A program made the position numbers and the translations under genes. Below the pieces are notes generated by a model. It saw only the letters and a list, made by a program, of their open reading frames with translations. It ran no database searches and was not told where the DNA came from. Below are positions 1-10,668 of a stretch of 52,329 nt of DNA, one piece after another. Each line of letters opens with the position of its first letter. The stretch's first letter is position 1. This DNA comes from Candidatus Bathyarchaeota archaeon (GTDB lineage: Archaea; Thermoproteota; Bathyarchaeia; Bathyarchaeales; Bathycorpusculaceae): NCBI GenBank assembly GCA_963811105.1, contig CAWEPZ010000012.1, positions 1 to 52,329 on the forward strand, given 5' to 3'.

Positions 1-161
1 CAAAATTATATGTGAGTAAGTACTATTTTTTCGATCATTCCTCCGTAACCCCTTTGCAGATAATCTGCTTAAGTTCAGTTGCAAGAACCAAACTCTCCGC
101 ACAAACCAGCAAAATGCAAACCTACCAAGACGCCATAAACGCCCTCCTAAAAGGTTCCATT

Positions 162-422
162 ATGCTTCCACCCGGGTAATAATCCAAACAGAGAATTTTC
201 ATTGAAGAAAACAAGCAACTGGGCTTCACAACAAAAGAATTTGTCCGTGACAACATACGCTACCGGCTAGAACGGTTGAAAAACGACAACGAATTCCTAG
301 AAGTCCCTCGTGAGCAGTATGATAAGCTCGATGAAGCCCTAAGAAATGGGCTCAACCTTCCTAGTCCAGAAGAATTTATACGCAGCCAAATCAGCGAAAT
401 CCTATACAAATACAACGAATAA
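162..422 (+). CDS. Ribbon-helix-helix-type DNA-binding protein (5' part frameshifted or incomplete)
   Basis: Manual translation 195-422: IFIEENKQLGFTTKEFVRDNIRYRLERLK...SPEEFIRSQISEILYKYNE*. Two EF(V/I)R helix motifs typical of archaeal RHH proteins; not in the ORF track. Confidence 0.45.
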
Positions 423-494
423 AAAAAACAATAACCAAGTAACCATCCTAATTCCTTTTAAGCAATTTCATGCAGACAAGGCAATGGTGGGAGT

Positions 495-1630
495 ATGAGA
501 TGCAAGAAGTGCGATAACCTGATTGGGAAAAGAGAATACGATAAATACTTTGGTTTGTGCAAAAAATGCGTTAATAATGACCCAGAGTTCCTTTTGGCGA
601 AATATCAAACAAAGATTAGAATTTTCAGAGAAGTATTTTCATCGCCCACACCTTTAGTGGTATATAACATAGATGGGACGCCACGTTTCATCTGCAACCT
701 ACCAAAAATGGTGACAATAACCGACCCGTCAGAAGAGAATTTTGCTCTTAAAATCGTTCTACCTAACGCTGTTCTTGAACGAGAGGGCAATACAGTAGGT
801 TTTGCAGGATTCTTGTTTGATTCAAAATTTCATTGGGCAACAACACCAGAAAACATGGTGCAGGCTTGGAATTGGTTCAACAAAACGCTTAATATTGATG
901 ATAATTTTTGGAGAAACATAGCAATTGACACTATTCGCGACACGCTTGATAATAGCTGGAATACTTACGAGAATGAAATGAACGACACTTTCATCGTTGA
1001 CATCCTTTATTTAATCTGGGCTTTGTATACTCTTGATAAGTTAGGGATAGATACAAAAGAAAAGTTTTCAGAAATACGAATGCACTGCAAGGGTCGTATT
1101 CGTACCTTTGAAAAGCTAAGAAAAGAACCCCAATTTTCCTACGATTTTAGATTCTCACGAGAAGCCTGCAAAAGAATCACGGATATAAGAGAAGCTTTCG
1201 CTCACTTGGCATCTGAGGCTAAATTAGCAGCATTAGCAAAGGGTTACGGTTTCGATGTTAAGTTAAGTAATAATCCAGATATCAAAATTAATGGAAGATG
1301 GGTTCAGGTTAAAAAACCCCGAGAATATATACATAACACCTCAAAATTTACATGGTATTGCCGACAATAACTAATGAAGCAACTGAAATAGAGAAACTCG
1401 CTGGATTAATTGAGGATGGTTTCAGCAAAATGCAGATATCGTTGCTATTGAGGTAAACCACTTGGATGACCGAATTATCGACGGATACAAAGCTAATTGG
1501 GATAAAGAGATGAAATTAGCAAATGCGCTTACTCTTGCTCTCGGATACACAACTAAAAATATTGTGCTTATTTTTAAAGAAACAGAAAAAGGATGGCTTG
1601 GTAGAATAGTTAAATGTAAAAAAAATATTA
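495..1630 (+). CDS. Hypothetical protein with N-terminal Zn ribbon and C-terminal PD-(D/E)xK-like nuclease motif (frameshifted near 1360-1430)
   Basis: ORF 495..1370 has CxxC...CxxC at the N-terminus and SEAKLA...PDIKINGRWVQVKK near the end. Coding-like sequence (ADIVAIEVNHLD...) continues in another frame to ~1630. Confidence 0.4.
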
Positions 1631-1768
1631 ATTAATTAAAACCGCAAAAAAATACGTTTAACCGCTTCTTCAAAACAGAAAATCTTTTGCAACTGGAGTA
1701 TCTTTCCCGTCGCGAAGCCTTTATTTTTCGATTACTTGTCGCTCATTATCAGTTAATGCTTAACGGTT

Positions 1769-1843
<75 letters not shown>

Positions 1844-1857
<14 letters not shown>

Positions 1858-2189
1858 GATAATCCTTGATTAAAATTCTAATTTGCTTAAGGTGCGCCTC
1901 TTCAATGGTGCCTATTTTGTATAGGAATCTTGACGTTGAATTGCCAAGCAGCGCATTTGAAAAATTAGGGCTACTGAATCAAGGGTAAGCCGTTTGCCGT
2001 TGACTTCTTTACCAAGTATGTGTATGGAAAGCGTTGATAATCTTGATTTTTAGTAAAGGGAACAACCATTGTATTTCCTGATTCTTGGTGAACAGCAATT
2101 ACGATTGCTGGGCGTTCTCCCATTTGTTCATGTGCTTGTGTATCTGGCAAAGCGACCTTCCAGATTTCTTTAGGTTGAAGCTTTGGCAT
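1844..2189 (-). CDS. mazF: PemK/MazF-family toxin (frameshifted near 1975)
   Basis: EIWKVALP...HEQMGERPAIVI...MVVPFT...NGL in the ORF. Other frames give DSVALIFQMRCL and RFLYKIGTIEEAHLKQIRILIKDYLAIT*, the classic MazF C-terminus. Confidence 0.85.
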
Positions 2190-2206
2190 CGGTTTACCTG
2201 CTTAGT

Positions 2207-2734
2207 TTAGTCTATGTTATCCCATGCATCCATTTCTTTCTTTATCTCATCAGTGAGATATTCAGGTTTGAAAAGCAGTGCCTTGGATTTTGTTATGCCA
2301 ATGAGCTTGTCCGAGTCAGTAAGGTGAGGTTTAAGCCGCTTTAATTCTACGAATAGGTCGTCATCTGACAATTGTGGTGTTTGCTTCTTAAGGTAAATAG
2401 TGGTGGCAGTTGCTTCCATAAGCGTCATGCTATCATAGATTCCAGAACAACTCTTTATTTTATCCAGGATTTCGATTTCTTGGTTTGACAACTTATAGTT
2501 TGAATTCAATGACTCAACTTTGTCCGCATTTGCATAATAGTCGCAGGCTAGACCCGGCGAATATGGGCCTGAAACGTAGGGGGTAAAGGAATAGGTTAAG
2601 TTCATGCCTAAAGCTTTCGCTAGGAATGCAGTTTTTTGAGTGAAGAAGCGCCCCCGATAATCCTTCTTGTCTTTAATTTTGGGAGAAATTTCCAGATATT
2701 TTAGGCAAGCAATTACTTTGTCAATATTTGACAT
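2207..2734 (-). CDS. Putative antitoxin, YwgA/DUF4065 (Panacea/SocA)-like
   Basis: RFFTQKTAFLAK...YSFTPYVSGPYSPGL...LMEATAT matches the QKxxY...GPYS pattern; lies directly upstream of mazF. Confidence 0.65.
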   Translation of the reverse strand: MSNIDKVIACLKYLEISPKIKDKKDYRGRFFTQKTAFLAKALGMNLTYSFTPYVSGPYSPGLACDYYANADKVESLNSNYKLSNQEIEILDKIKSCSGIYDSMTLMEATATTIYLKKQTPQLSDDDLFVELKRLKPHLTDSDKLIGITKSKALLFKPEYLTDEIKKEMDAWDNID

Positions 2735-3090
2735 TTCTTTTCATCTCCTTCATTTGCGATTTTTTCTATGGTTTTCATCCATTCAATTATCTTGGTTAAT
2801 TCGGCTCTTCCTTTCTCGGTTAGGGCGTAAACATCAATTGCTCTTTGGTCTACTTGCACTTCCGATTTGCCGATGTAACCCATCGTTTTTAGTTCATTTA
2901 GATTGGCGATAAGTTTTCCATCGGACATTTTTAGGGCGGTTTTTAGTTCTCTATATTGGATGCCATCAGCGAAATAGGAAAGCAATCCAAGGATAAGGCA
3001 TCTTGTTAGGGTGACTGTTTTGCTGCTTAGCTTATCGGATAGATCCAGAAGTTTCTGGATTTCATCTTCAGTCAATTTTGTTTCGTCCAA
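2713..3090 (-). CDS. Winged-helix transcriptional regulator (HTH_34/ArsR-like)
   Basis: RCLILGLL...YRELKTALKMSDGKLIANLNELKTMGYI...YALTEKGR; overlaps the antitoxin start, so probably one operon. Confidence 0.8.
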   Translation of the reverse strand: MDETKLTEDEIQKLLDLSDKLSSKTVTLTRCLILGLLSYFADGIQYRELKTALKMSDGKLIANLNELKTMGYIGKSEVQVDQRAIDVYALTEKGRAELTKIIEWMKTIEKIANEGDEKKCQILTK

Positions 3091-3387
3091 TTTACTTTGG
3101 CAATTACTTTGTTTTTCAAAGTATTAAATGTGTCGACTCCTAAACTAGAAAAAATCAGCTATAGCCCACAGAAAAAACCCAATCAAACAGGCAACCCACT
3201 TTGTCTCTATTGCACCTAAGATGCCGTGCGCGCTCCCCATAGACTCAAACTATCCGTTAGACATAATTATCATAAGGTGGTGGGGGACAAAGGTCCAGGC
3301 TTTCACTTAACCCTCCCCTTCCAATATAGGTCTATACAACATATGCTTTATAAAAAAAACAGCCTTTATCGTAGCAGAGGATATGCT

Positions 3388-3615
3388 ATGCGATTTAAGT
3401 CTTTAAGTAAAGATCAACGCGAACGTTTTAAGGAGTTATACTTGGCGGGTTATTCGTTTTCTTTAATTTTTGAGAAGCTGGGTTGTTACGATGCGGATGA
3501 TCGTGGTAGTGGCAAATATGAGGTGCTTGGGCGAGCTTACAGGAAACGACTTGGTCTTGAACCTGAGGAAACGTTAAGCCAAAGTTCTATCGGGGTCAAG
3601 TCACTGCTGAATTAA
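3388..3615 (+). CDS. Small hypothetical protein, possible HTH; may extend to ~3730 via a frameshift
   Basis: MRFKSLSKDQRERFKELYLAGYSF... preceded by a GAGG RBS and a TTTATAAA TATA box. Confidence 0.4.
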   Translation: MRFKSLSKDQRERFKELYLAGYSFSLIFEKLGCYDADDRGSGKYEVLGRAYRKRLGLEPEETLSQSSIGVKSLLN

Positions 3616-3882
3616 TAGTTAATCGGAGAATCGGAAAGTTGAAGAAGATGATTCCAGAGCAGGAGAAAAGACTTACTGATTGGAAAGCTGAGTTGGTATC
3701 TCTTTTAAAAAAACAAAGGGGCAGCCTTTGAAAGCAAACCCAAATTTCCCAAAAAAGAGAATTAGGTTAGCTAAAAGGTGAATTATTGAGTTTTTGTGGC
3801 TTCTATTTTTTTGGATGGTACCAAGACGTAAGGCCTAATTCAGCTATAAGTTATCAATGGAAAAATTGTTTACTTGATGGCG

Positions 3883-4419
3883 CTATTGATTATTTTCCCA
3901 CACAGGATTTATCTCGTATCTAGTGCTATTTGGAAAAGAACCTTCGTGAAAAATACTCAATCTAACTGTAGCATTCTGTTGACCAAGAACGTTGCCAAAT
4001 TCTAATGGCGTAAGATGCTGATAATATGGTATCAAAGTCTTATTTTCATTTATGCTAAAGACGCCATCGCTCACTATTGGTACAGTATAATTCATCAAAA
4101 CTGAATTTTCCTTATCAAATGCAAGGACCTCTAATCCTGCATTTTTACCAATACCTGCCCCAGAATTAAATACCCAACCAGTAACCCAAATATAACTAAA
4201 ATTGCTAACCCACCATATTTCAGAAGAATAATAATGTGGAGGAATCTCAACTATGCCCAAAGCAGTTGTAAGATTTGCTGATTTGAGGATATTTATTTCC
4301 TGGTTGAGACTATAAACTTGGTCTTTTAGCTTTAAGTTCTCTGAGTAGAAGAATAATGATGTTATAAAACTTGCACTAAGAAGTATTGCCAAAAGAAGAA
4401 TTACAGCTTTTCTAATCAT
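3883..4419 (-). CDS. N-terminally anchored exported protein (family shared with the C-terminal domain of 39801..40799)
   Basis: N-terminal TM helix and coiled coil, then ANLxTAL...G.V.N.G...NAGL.V.A.D...TVP...SI.HEG...PVW domain. Confidence 0.75.
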   Translation of the reverse strand: MIRKAVILLLAILLSASFITSLFFYSENLKLKDQVYSLNQEINILKSANLTTALGIVEIPPHYYSSEIWWVSNFSYIWVTGWVFNSGAGIGKNAGLEVLAFDKENSVLMNYTVPIVSDGVFSINENKTLIPYYQHLTPLEFGNVLGQQNATVRLSIFHEGSFPNSTRYEINPVWENNQ

Positions 4420-4481
4420 ATAGTAAATACTAACCCTTTATTCATACTCTCAGTTTAGAGTTATAGCAAATAAGAGTCTTT

Positions 4482-4617
4482 TTGTCCACATTCCTATACT
4501 AAACCTGTTTTTCTAAGTCAAGAAATCTGGACTAAAAGAAAATAGGCATATGGTGGGTACACCACTTTGCTGGAAAAGGTTAAGGTTCAGAAGTAACCTG
4601 TCCAGAAAACTGGACTA
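4482..4617. repeat. Three copies of the 8-4-8 palindromic boundary motif
   Basis: TTGTCCAC-ATTC-CTATACTA (4482-4501), AAGTCAAG-AAAT-CTGGACTA (4515-4534), CTGTCCAG-AAAA-CTGGACTA (4598-4617). Confidence 0.7.
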
Positions 4618-4654
4618 AGCGTTCTAAGAGTTATTTTTCTGTCTACAAAAGAGG
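4599..4654. repeat. 56-bp element, inverted copy of 39707-39762
   Basis: TGTCCAGAAAACTGGACTAAGCGTTCTAAGAGTTATTTTTCTGTCTACAAAAGAGG versus the reverse complement of 39707-39762 (about 4 mismatches). Confidence 0.85.
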
Positions 4655-4709
4655 TATTATATAGACTAAGGCATACGTCATCAACAAGGAAAGCGTAGGA
4701 AGAGAGAAC

Positions 4710-5559
4710 ATGGAAGACCAAAGCCAAATAGAACAAGACAAGCAACGGGCAGAAGTATTCGATGCACTTGGACATCCAACACGTATACTTATTCTTAAGG
4801 TCTTAAGTGAAGGTTCACTTGGGTTTGCAGAGTTAAAGAAGAAGACAGCTATTGAGAGTAGCGGACATCTGCAACATCATTTAACAAAACTCAATGGTTT
4901 GATAAAGACAGACGAATATGGAAAATATTGCTTGTCAGATGAAGGCAAAGATGCCTTACTGACGGTTCAAACGGTAGAGAATGCGTCACCTAAGAAAGAT
5001 GTAGGAGAGAAAAGAAATAGACAACTAAAGATAGGTCTGAAACCAGTTGCTTTTCTACTTTTGGCTCTATTGATTGCAAGTTCAGCAGTAGCAGTATATG
5101 AATACAGTCAGGCTGCCGACAATCATACTGCCCTTCTTAGAGAAAAGTTTAGTAATGCTGACGAAATTGCAGGAGCTTATATTGACCACAGTCTAATACC
5201 CTGCATATTATTTTAACTAACAACGCAACCGCAACAGCAATCAATAACTATCGAAATAGAGTGGACAACGGTACAAACATAGTTTTTGAAACCGCTAAAT
5301 TTCCTCTTTCTCGTTTATATGCTGTTCAAGATGCTTTAGATGGAGTCATGATAAAATTTGATATCGATGCGACAGGTGTAAATGAAATTGCAAACAAATA
5401 GATGTCAATCTGCATGATAGTACAAAACAAAAGGACATTATAGATTTTCTTAATAGCAAATTCAACGACTTTGACGAAAGGTGTATTTCATTTTTGGGTC
5501 CACTCGAAGTTGTCCTAACCACAAACACCACTTCATCATTTGCCCCACCAATTTCCTAA
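4710..5559 (+). CDS. Membrane-anchored ArsR-family wHTH regulator (frameshifted after 5216)
   Basis: AEVFDALGHPTRILILKVL...LGFAELKK...SSGHLQHHLTKL, followed by a TM helix and an extracellular part broken by frameshifts. Confidence 0.75.
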
Positions 5560-5620
5560 AGTTTCTTGATTTGAGTATATACACCATATCGCTGGAAAAA
5601 GGTCTTGTGTGAAGAGTTCG

Positions 5621-5944
5621 CACAAAAAGAAGAGGGTGGATGCTTACTGTTTGTTGACTTTGCTCTTCCAGTAAAGCAGAATCGCACCCGTCACAGTCGA
5701 GGCTAACGCAGCTGCCGGAGCCTTAATCTCCAACGGAATTGGCAAAGAAGCAACAAACGTAGTAGCAGCGCCCGAAACTGTGCCAGCCAAAACGATCAGG
5801 GCTTCCTTATTCTCAGATAACTTTATCTCATCAACCAAACAAATCACCTCCAAGAAACATTAACAAAAGAAAATCAGATTGAAAATTCAGAATAAGTTTC
5901 ATGAATGAAGACAGCAGCATCGCTCAGCCTGCCCATAAAAAAGA
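5621..5944. repeat. ~320-bp direct repeat, copy 1 (copy 2 at 33514-33839)
   Basis: Near-identical core 5636-5862 vs 33531-33757, with more diverged upstream flank. Confidence 0.9.
5644..5853 (-). CDS. Small two-TM membrane protein (holin-like size), copy 1
   Basis: SENKEALIVLAGTVSGAATTFVASLPIPLEIKAPAAALASTVTGAILLYWKSKVNKQ; near-identical paralog at 33539..33748. Confidence 0.7.
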   Translation of the reverse strand: MEVICLVDEIKLSENKEALIVLAGTVSGAATTFVASLPIPLEIKAPAAALASTVTGAILLYWKSKVNKQ

Positions 5945-5975
5945 TTCTACGAATAATAACAGCTAAAAAACAACA
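5931..5975. repeat. ~45-bp dispersed motif CCCATAAAAAAGATTCTAC...ACASCTAAAAAACAACA (also 6993-7038, 35742-35787, partial 33826-33839)
   Basis: Four copies seen, each upstream of a minus-strand gene. Confidence 0.8.
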
Positions 5976-6014
5976 AGAGCGTTCGAAGACATTTTCACAT
6001 AGCGGTCTTTTTTA

Positions 6015-6950
6015 TTATTGGTTTAAGTTAATGATGGATTTTCGATGCCTTCTGAAAACTAACAAGATGACACAAACAATTGCCACTACAGCAACAATGG
6101 AAGCCACGACAGGCAAAACGGGAAACTGAAGACTTTCATCTGGCGGGGCATTAAATACCATGACGGCGCCATGAATGAAAGATGATTCTTGCGTTCTGTA
6201 AAGCGTAGCCACCCACCGTCCACTGCCATCAACGATTGTTGAGTTTAAGGGCGTAAGTGTACCTTGTGTGTCCACTGAGAAGACTTGCAGATTAGCAAGC
6301 TTCGATTCAATTTGGATGCTGTAATTGTTGGGAGGGTACCCATACCAAGAATACAGAGGATACGAGATGTTGCTGCATCCGTAGCGACCATACAAAGGTA
6401 GTGTAACCTCGTAATCTCCTAAATAATTGTAATCCTCGGTCGTTCGATGAACCGGTTGCTCATAATGAACTGATACAATGAAGTCATTTAAAACTGGAGA
6501 TATAGTCCAATTCATTTCCGCCAAATCTGAATCAAAAAGATGGAAGAACCCTTTGGCATCTTGTTGTACTTCCACTTTCTTGCTGTTCAACTCGACGGAA
6601 ATATTTGATGCATCATGTGGAATTGGATAGTGAGCTTCTAGCACGTCTTGCGTTACTGTGACGGCTAAGTAAGGTGATTCGGGATGTGCAACCAGCCCCA
6701 TTCCAGAGTTTTCTACTAGATGACTGTCTCCATAAGCGTAGACTGTGTGCATAACATATTCTGCATCAATCGTTGCCCATAGCGTCTCGGCCACATTGGA
6801 GATTGTTGCGTTAACGTTCATTTCTGGCACATTGACCTTTGGGGGGATTTCAGAAATAGGATATGCTACAGCATTGGCTGTTTGAAGGTACATCCCAGCA
6901 AGGAAAATCAGCAAAAGAACTGCTGGTAATGTTATTTTTCTCAACATCAA
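6015..6950 (-). CDS. Secreted protein with C-terminal TM anchor and basic tail
   Basis: Signal peptide; ends QFPVLPVVASIVAVVAIVCVILLVFRRHRKSIINLNQ. Confidence 0.8.
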   Translation of the reverse strand: MMLRKITLPAVLLLIFLAGMYLQTANAVAYPISEIPPKVNVPEMNVNATISNVAETLWATIDAEYVMHTVYAYGDSHLVENSGMGLVAHPESPYLAVTVTQDVLEAHYPIPHDASNISVELNSKKVEVQQDAKGFFHLFDSDLAEMNWTISPVLNDFIVSVHYEQPVHRTTEDYNYLGDYEVTLPLYGRYGCSNISYPLYSWYGYPPNNYSIQIESKLANLQVFSVDTQGTLTPLNSTIVDGSGRWVATLYRTQESSFIHGAVMVFNAPPDESLQFPVLPVVASIVAVVAIVCVILLVFRRHRKSIINLNQ

Positions 6951-7067
6951 GATAAACCATTGTTACCTAAGCTTATTAAATCTCCCAAGCTTGCCCAAAA
7001 AAAAGATTCTGCCAATAGACAACACCTAAAAAACAACAAAAATTCAAGAGTTATCCAACGGAATTAT

Positions 7068-7122
7068 TAGTTAAGAAAGTTTGACTACGCCAGTCAAGAG
7101 TCTTTTACGAGAAGCCTTATAA
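7068..7122 (+). promoter_or_regulatory. Paired 8-4-8 palindromes followed by BRE/TATA
   Basis: TAGTTAAG-AAAG-TTTGACTA (7068-7087), CAGTCAAG-AGTC-TTTTACGA (7091-7110), then GAAGCCTTATAA ~25 bp before ATG 7147. Confidence 0.75.
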
Positions 7123-7146
7123 TGAAAATCAAATCCAAATGTAAGT

Positions 7147-7885
7147 ATGAATAGAACAAGCAAGAGTTTTTCAATATTCATAATTCTAATAATAGCTATC
7201 TCAGGTCTAAGTCTACTGATGGTTAAACCTGCATGTGCTCAGTCAACAACCATTCCAACTATTCCAAAATTTACTGTGCAATACACTGTAAATACTATTA
7301 ATGTAACACCAACTTACACAATAAATCCTTACACTGGACAGAACGAAACAGTTGGAGTTAACTCTTCATTTGAAAAAAAATCAATTGAAGTCATGATAAA
7401 CAATCAACCATTTAATCGTTATCAAGTAAAGAGTGATGGAATAACCTATTGGGTAAACCTTTACTATGATGTACGCTACAAAGGTCACTTTGAGGAAAAT
7501 TGGACAGACTCAGGTCCCAATGGATATTTTTTTGCTTACCCTGATACACAAAACACCACTATACCGCTCTTCACGAAAGCCCACTTCCAACAGCTGGACA
7601 AATTGATGTACAAGTACAGGCATTCATAGGCTACATCTATTATGGCGATGTCTTTTCTAATGGTCATTTAATCGGCAATAATGCTTACTTTAAGGGGAGT
7701 GGAAGCGGATGGAGCCACACACAAACAATAACCATACCTGAAACTTCCGCTTCAACTCACCCTCACCAAATCCAACGCCAACACCTACTATTCCAGAGTT
7801 TCCAACATTGGTAGTTTTACCATTCTTTGTTTCTGTGCTCTTAGTTGCAGTTTACTTTAAGCATCGAAGGACTAACCATGAATAA
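7147..7885 (+). CDS. Surface protein with PEF-CTERM-like sorting signal (frameshifted)
   Basis: Signal peptide, NLYYDVRYKGH motif; last frame reads PTPTIPEFPTLVVLPFFVSVLLVAVYFKHRRTNHE*. Confidence 0.75.
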
Positions 7886-8769
7886 CAAGAATTTAGCAAT
7901 AGTTCTGATTCTAACAATAGCTATCTCAAGCCTAAGTCTAATAATGGTTAAACCTTCACAGGGTCAGAATTCAACAGCGCCATCATCGACACCAACAACT
8001 ACACCAATCCGACCCCTTCAACACCCCAAGCTCAATTACAATTAATCCATCCATTATTGTTCCGCAATACACAGTGGCATTCGCAGACCACTCCTACGAT
8101 GTACCACCAGTCACAACCACAACAACGGACCCCTATACAGGAAATCAAATAACCAACACCCAACCAGGTTATCACGTTGAAAACAAAACCTTTGACATTG
8201 CAATAACCAACCAACCTGCCATCGCAGAATTCCATCAATATTTTTTTGGCGTCAACCTATACTATGACGTTCGCTCCAAAGGTCATTACATCGACAGTTG
8301 GAACGAACTAAGGTCTTATGATAGCGATTCGAATGTTTTGCCAGTGCAATCTTCGTCTGGATACACCATAGTTTCGATTCCTCGGATTCCGCCCAACAAC
8401 TCGTCTGAAGGTCTTATCGATTTTCAGATACGAGCAGTCAATGGAACTATTCACGTGCTCTCCCCAGGTATCAAAAGTCCATTTGCTTATTGGACTTATG
8501 AAGCAAGCGGCTGGAGTAACATTCGAAACGTTAAACTTGGCTGACGGTTCGGTCTGTCTAGGCGTTCCTACGCCAATTCCTACTCCAACACCTATTCAGA
8601 CAGCAACTCCAACTGTATCGCCTACTCCATCCCCAAGTCCAACTCCCACAGCTCCAGAGTTTCCGTTGTTTACAGTTTCTTTGTTGCTGAAGTTTAATGC
8701 TGGTGGCTGCTGGTTTGTTGGTCTACCACAAAAAACACAAAGCCCAAACAATTTGTAAAGAAAGTTTGA
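7878..8769 (+). CDS. Tandem paralog surface protein with Pro/Thr linker and PEF-CTERM-like signal (frameshifted)
   Basis: Joined ORFs 7845/8074/8441: signal peptide, NLYYDVRSKGH, PTPTP linker, APEFP, TM, YHKKHK tail. Confidence 0.75.
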
Positions 8770-8820
8770 CTAAGCAGTTTTCAGAGTTAGTCAAGAACCT
8801 TGACGAAAAAGCTCTTTAAG
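8753..8820 (+). promoter_or_regulatory. Paired palindromes plus BRE/TATA between two surface-protein genes
   Basis: TTGTAAAG-AAAG-TTTGACTA (8753-8772, contains the likely upstream stop), TAGTCAAG-AAC-CTTGACGA (8788-8806), then AAAAGCTCTTTAAG. Confidence 0.75.
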
Positions 8821-8840
8821 ACAATAGATACTGATGACAT

Positions 8841-9644
8841 TTGGTAGATATGAGAAAGATACTTTTCACTCTAACTGCCATCTTGATAATAACTTGCTTA
8901 ATTCAGCCATTAGCCCAAGTCTCAGGTGGTAATCCACTATCATATTATGACATTTACTTTGAATCTCCAAAAGAAGCTTCATACTATACTTACCAAAATT
9001 CAACAGTTGAACTCTCAATTTATGTAGGGATTCCACAGAACTATCCAAAAATTGCTTTTGCAAGTTATAGTTTGGATGGAGATATCAATCGCACACTAAT
9101 TGGATCTGAAGTCTCAACTTATAATTATCACGCTGAAGGCAGTTTAGTTAATCTAACCGAAGGGCTTCACACTGTAACAGTATATGCTACCAATGTTTAT
9201 GGACTCGAAATTTCAGAAGAAAGAACGTTCAAAGTAGATTCAACATACAAATATTTAGCAGTCACAATTATTTCCCCTCTAAATCAAACTTATTCTAAGA
9301 ATGAAGTACCATTGACTTATACGGTAAATAAAAAAATTCTGTCGGCTAGATATTTTTTAGATTATTCTCCAATGAATGATTTTAATGGAAACATTACTCT
9401 GACTAAACTTTCGGATGGTCCACATAAAATCTATATTTCAATAAACACTGAAAATGGATACTCGTCAAATATTACTTACTTTAATATCAACACAACCAAA
9501 AGTGAGAATGGCTCAACTCTAGAGCAAACAAACACTTTAGCGATAACTGTCATTACCATTGTTGCGATTATCTTGACTGCTGCTTTGTTAGTCTACCACA
9601 AGAAACAAACACACTTGAACTCAAATAGAAAAATCACACATTAA
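8841..9644 (+). CDS. Surface protein with two Ig-like beta-sandwich repeats and C-terminal TM
   Basis: Repeated YSLDG...L.NLTEG.HTVTVY and YFLD...LTKLSDGPHKIYI; TM then YHKK tail; paralog of 40894..41850. Confidence 0.75.
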   Translation: MVDMRKILFTLTAILIITCLIQPLAQVSGGNPLSYYDIYFESPKEASYYTYQNSTVELSIYVGIPQNYPKIAFASYSLDGDINRTLIGSEVSTYNYHAEGSLVNLTEGLHTVTVYATNVYGLEISEERTFKVDSTYKYLAVTIISPLNQTYSKNEVPLTYTVNKKILSARYFLDYSPMNDFNGNITLTKLSDGPHKIYISINTENGYSSNITYFNINTTKSENGSTLEQTNTLAITVITIVAIILTAALLVYHKKQTHLNSNRKITH

Positions 9645-9651
9645 AAAAAGG

Positions 9652-10035
9652 TTATTTGGCAATAACCCAAACCTCATCTATCCAGTAGTAAGGGTAGTCG
9701 TATGTTGCGCCTCTACACCAAAACTCTGTAGTTACGTTTTGGTTTACTGGGAAGTTGTAGGCTAATCGGATCCATTTGTTTTGCGGCAACGGTAGAGCCC
9801 TAGGTTTCTTAATAACTCCACCAACAGTTACTTTGATCGCATCGTCGTTGGCGTTTCCATCATGGAAGAGATGATAGATAATGCGAGCTTTCGTTTTGGC
9901 TCCAGTGTTGAGTGTTTTGTTTGCTGTTCCAGGACCATAACTTGAACCCGTTGAATAGAAGCCCATTTTCAAAGACGCAGGAGAAGAATAGAAGTGCGTT
10001 GGATCAACAGGTGGGTCAGCGTAAAAGTCACACAT
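9652..10035 (-). CDS. Beta-sandwich (carbohydrate-binding-like) protein or fragment, probably virion-related
   Basis: ...NKWIRLAYNF...YYWIDEVWV ending resembles jelly-roll CBM-like modules (inference). Confidence 0.4.
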   Translation of the reverse strand: MCDFYADPPVDPTHFYSSPASLKMGFYSTGSSYGPGTANKTLNTGAKTKARIIYHLFHDGNANDDAIKVTVGGVIKKPRALPLPQNKWIRLAYNFPVNQNVTTEFWCRGATYDYPYYWIDEVWVIAK

Positions 10036-10668
10036 TAGAACAAACCCAGCTTCCGCTAAACCAAAAATTTAAATGCTAAAAAAGAATACCTACAAAACCA
10101 TCCAATAGAAGGCCAGTAAGTCAATGATACAAGCCCAAGAAAACGAATTAAAAAGACTATTCACGGAGCTGTCTGACTCATAAGCAAAAAATGGAAAAAA
10201 CAGAAGGAACTTGAAGAAACAGTTAAGCAGGCTCCAACCTCCAACGATTGTCCAGATCCTCATTGTGGAACACATTTCTACGGTAGCGCATGCGCTCGTG
10301 AATCTCATATGAAACTTTATCCAGACCATTTCAAAACTGATGTGAAGCCTAAGTTAGACGTGGAAGAAAAAGACCAGAGGTCCGTTAGTCTTAAAACGAA
10401 GGTTTCAAGGAGCAAAGTGAAATGAATGAAGGCCAAAATGGTGGTTGGGTGCTCTCGCACAACCATAAGTAGAAATGCCTAAAAAAAGAATAAAGAAAAA
10501 AGGTTTGTGACAACTATTTCCAGTTGTCTTTTTTGCCGCATCTGTAACACCGCTTCAAAGGCAAATTGCCAATAAACAAAGAAACATGCAGATGCCCACA
10601 GCTGCAACGGTAATCCGAAACTGTTTTCCCCAGCTTATTACGTTCAACTTCCATGCTCAGTTCACCTC

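Noticed and set aside
8565-8652. Short tandem repeats CCAACTCC/CCTACTCC
   Set aside because: Encode the ordinary Pro/Thr linker of a surface protein.
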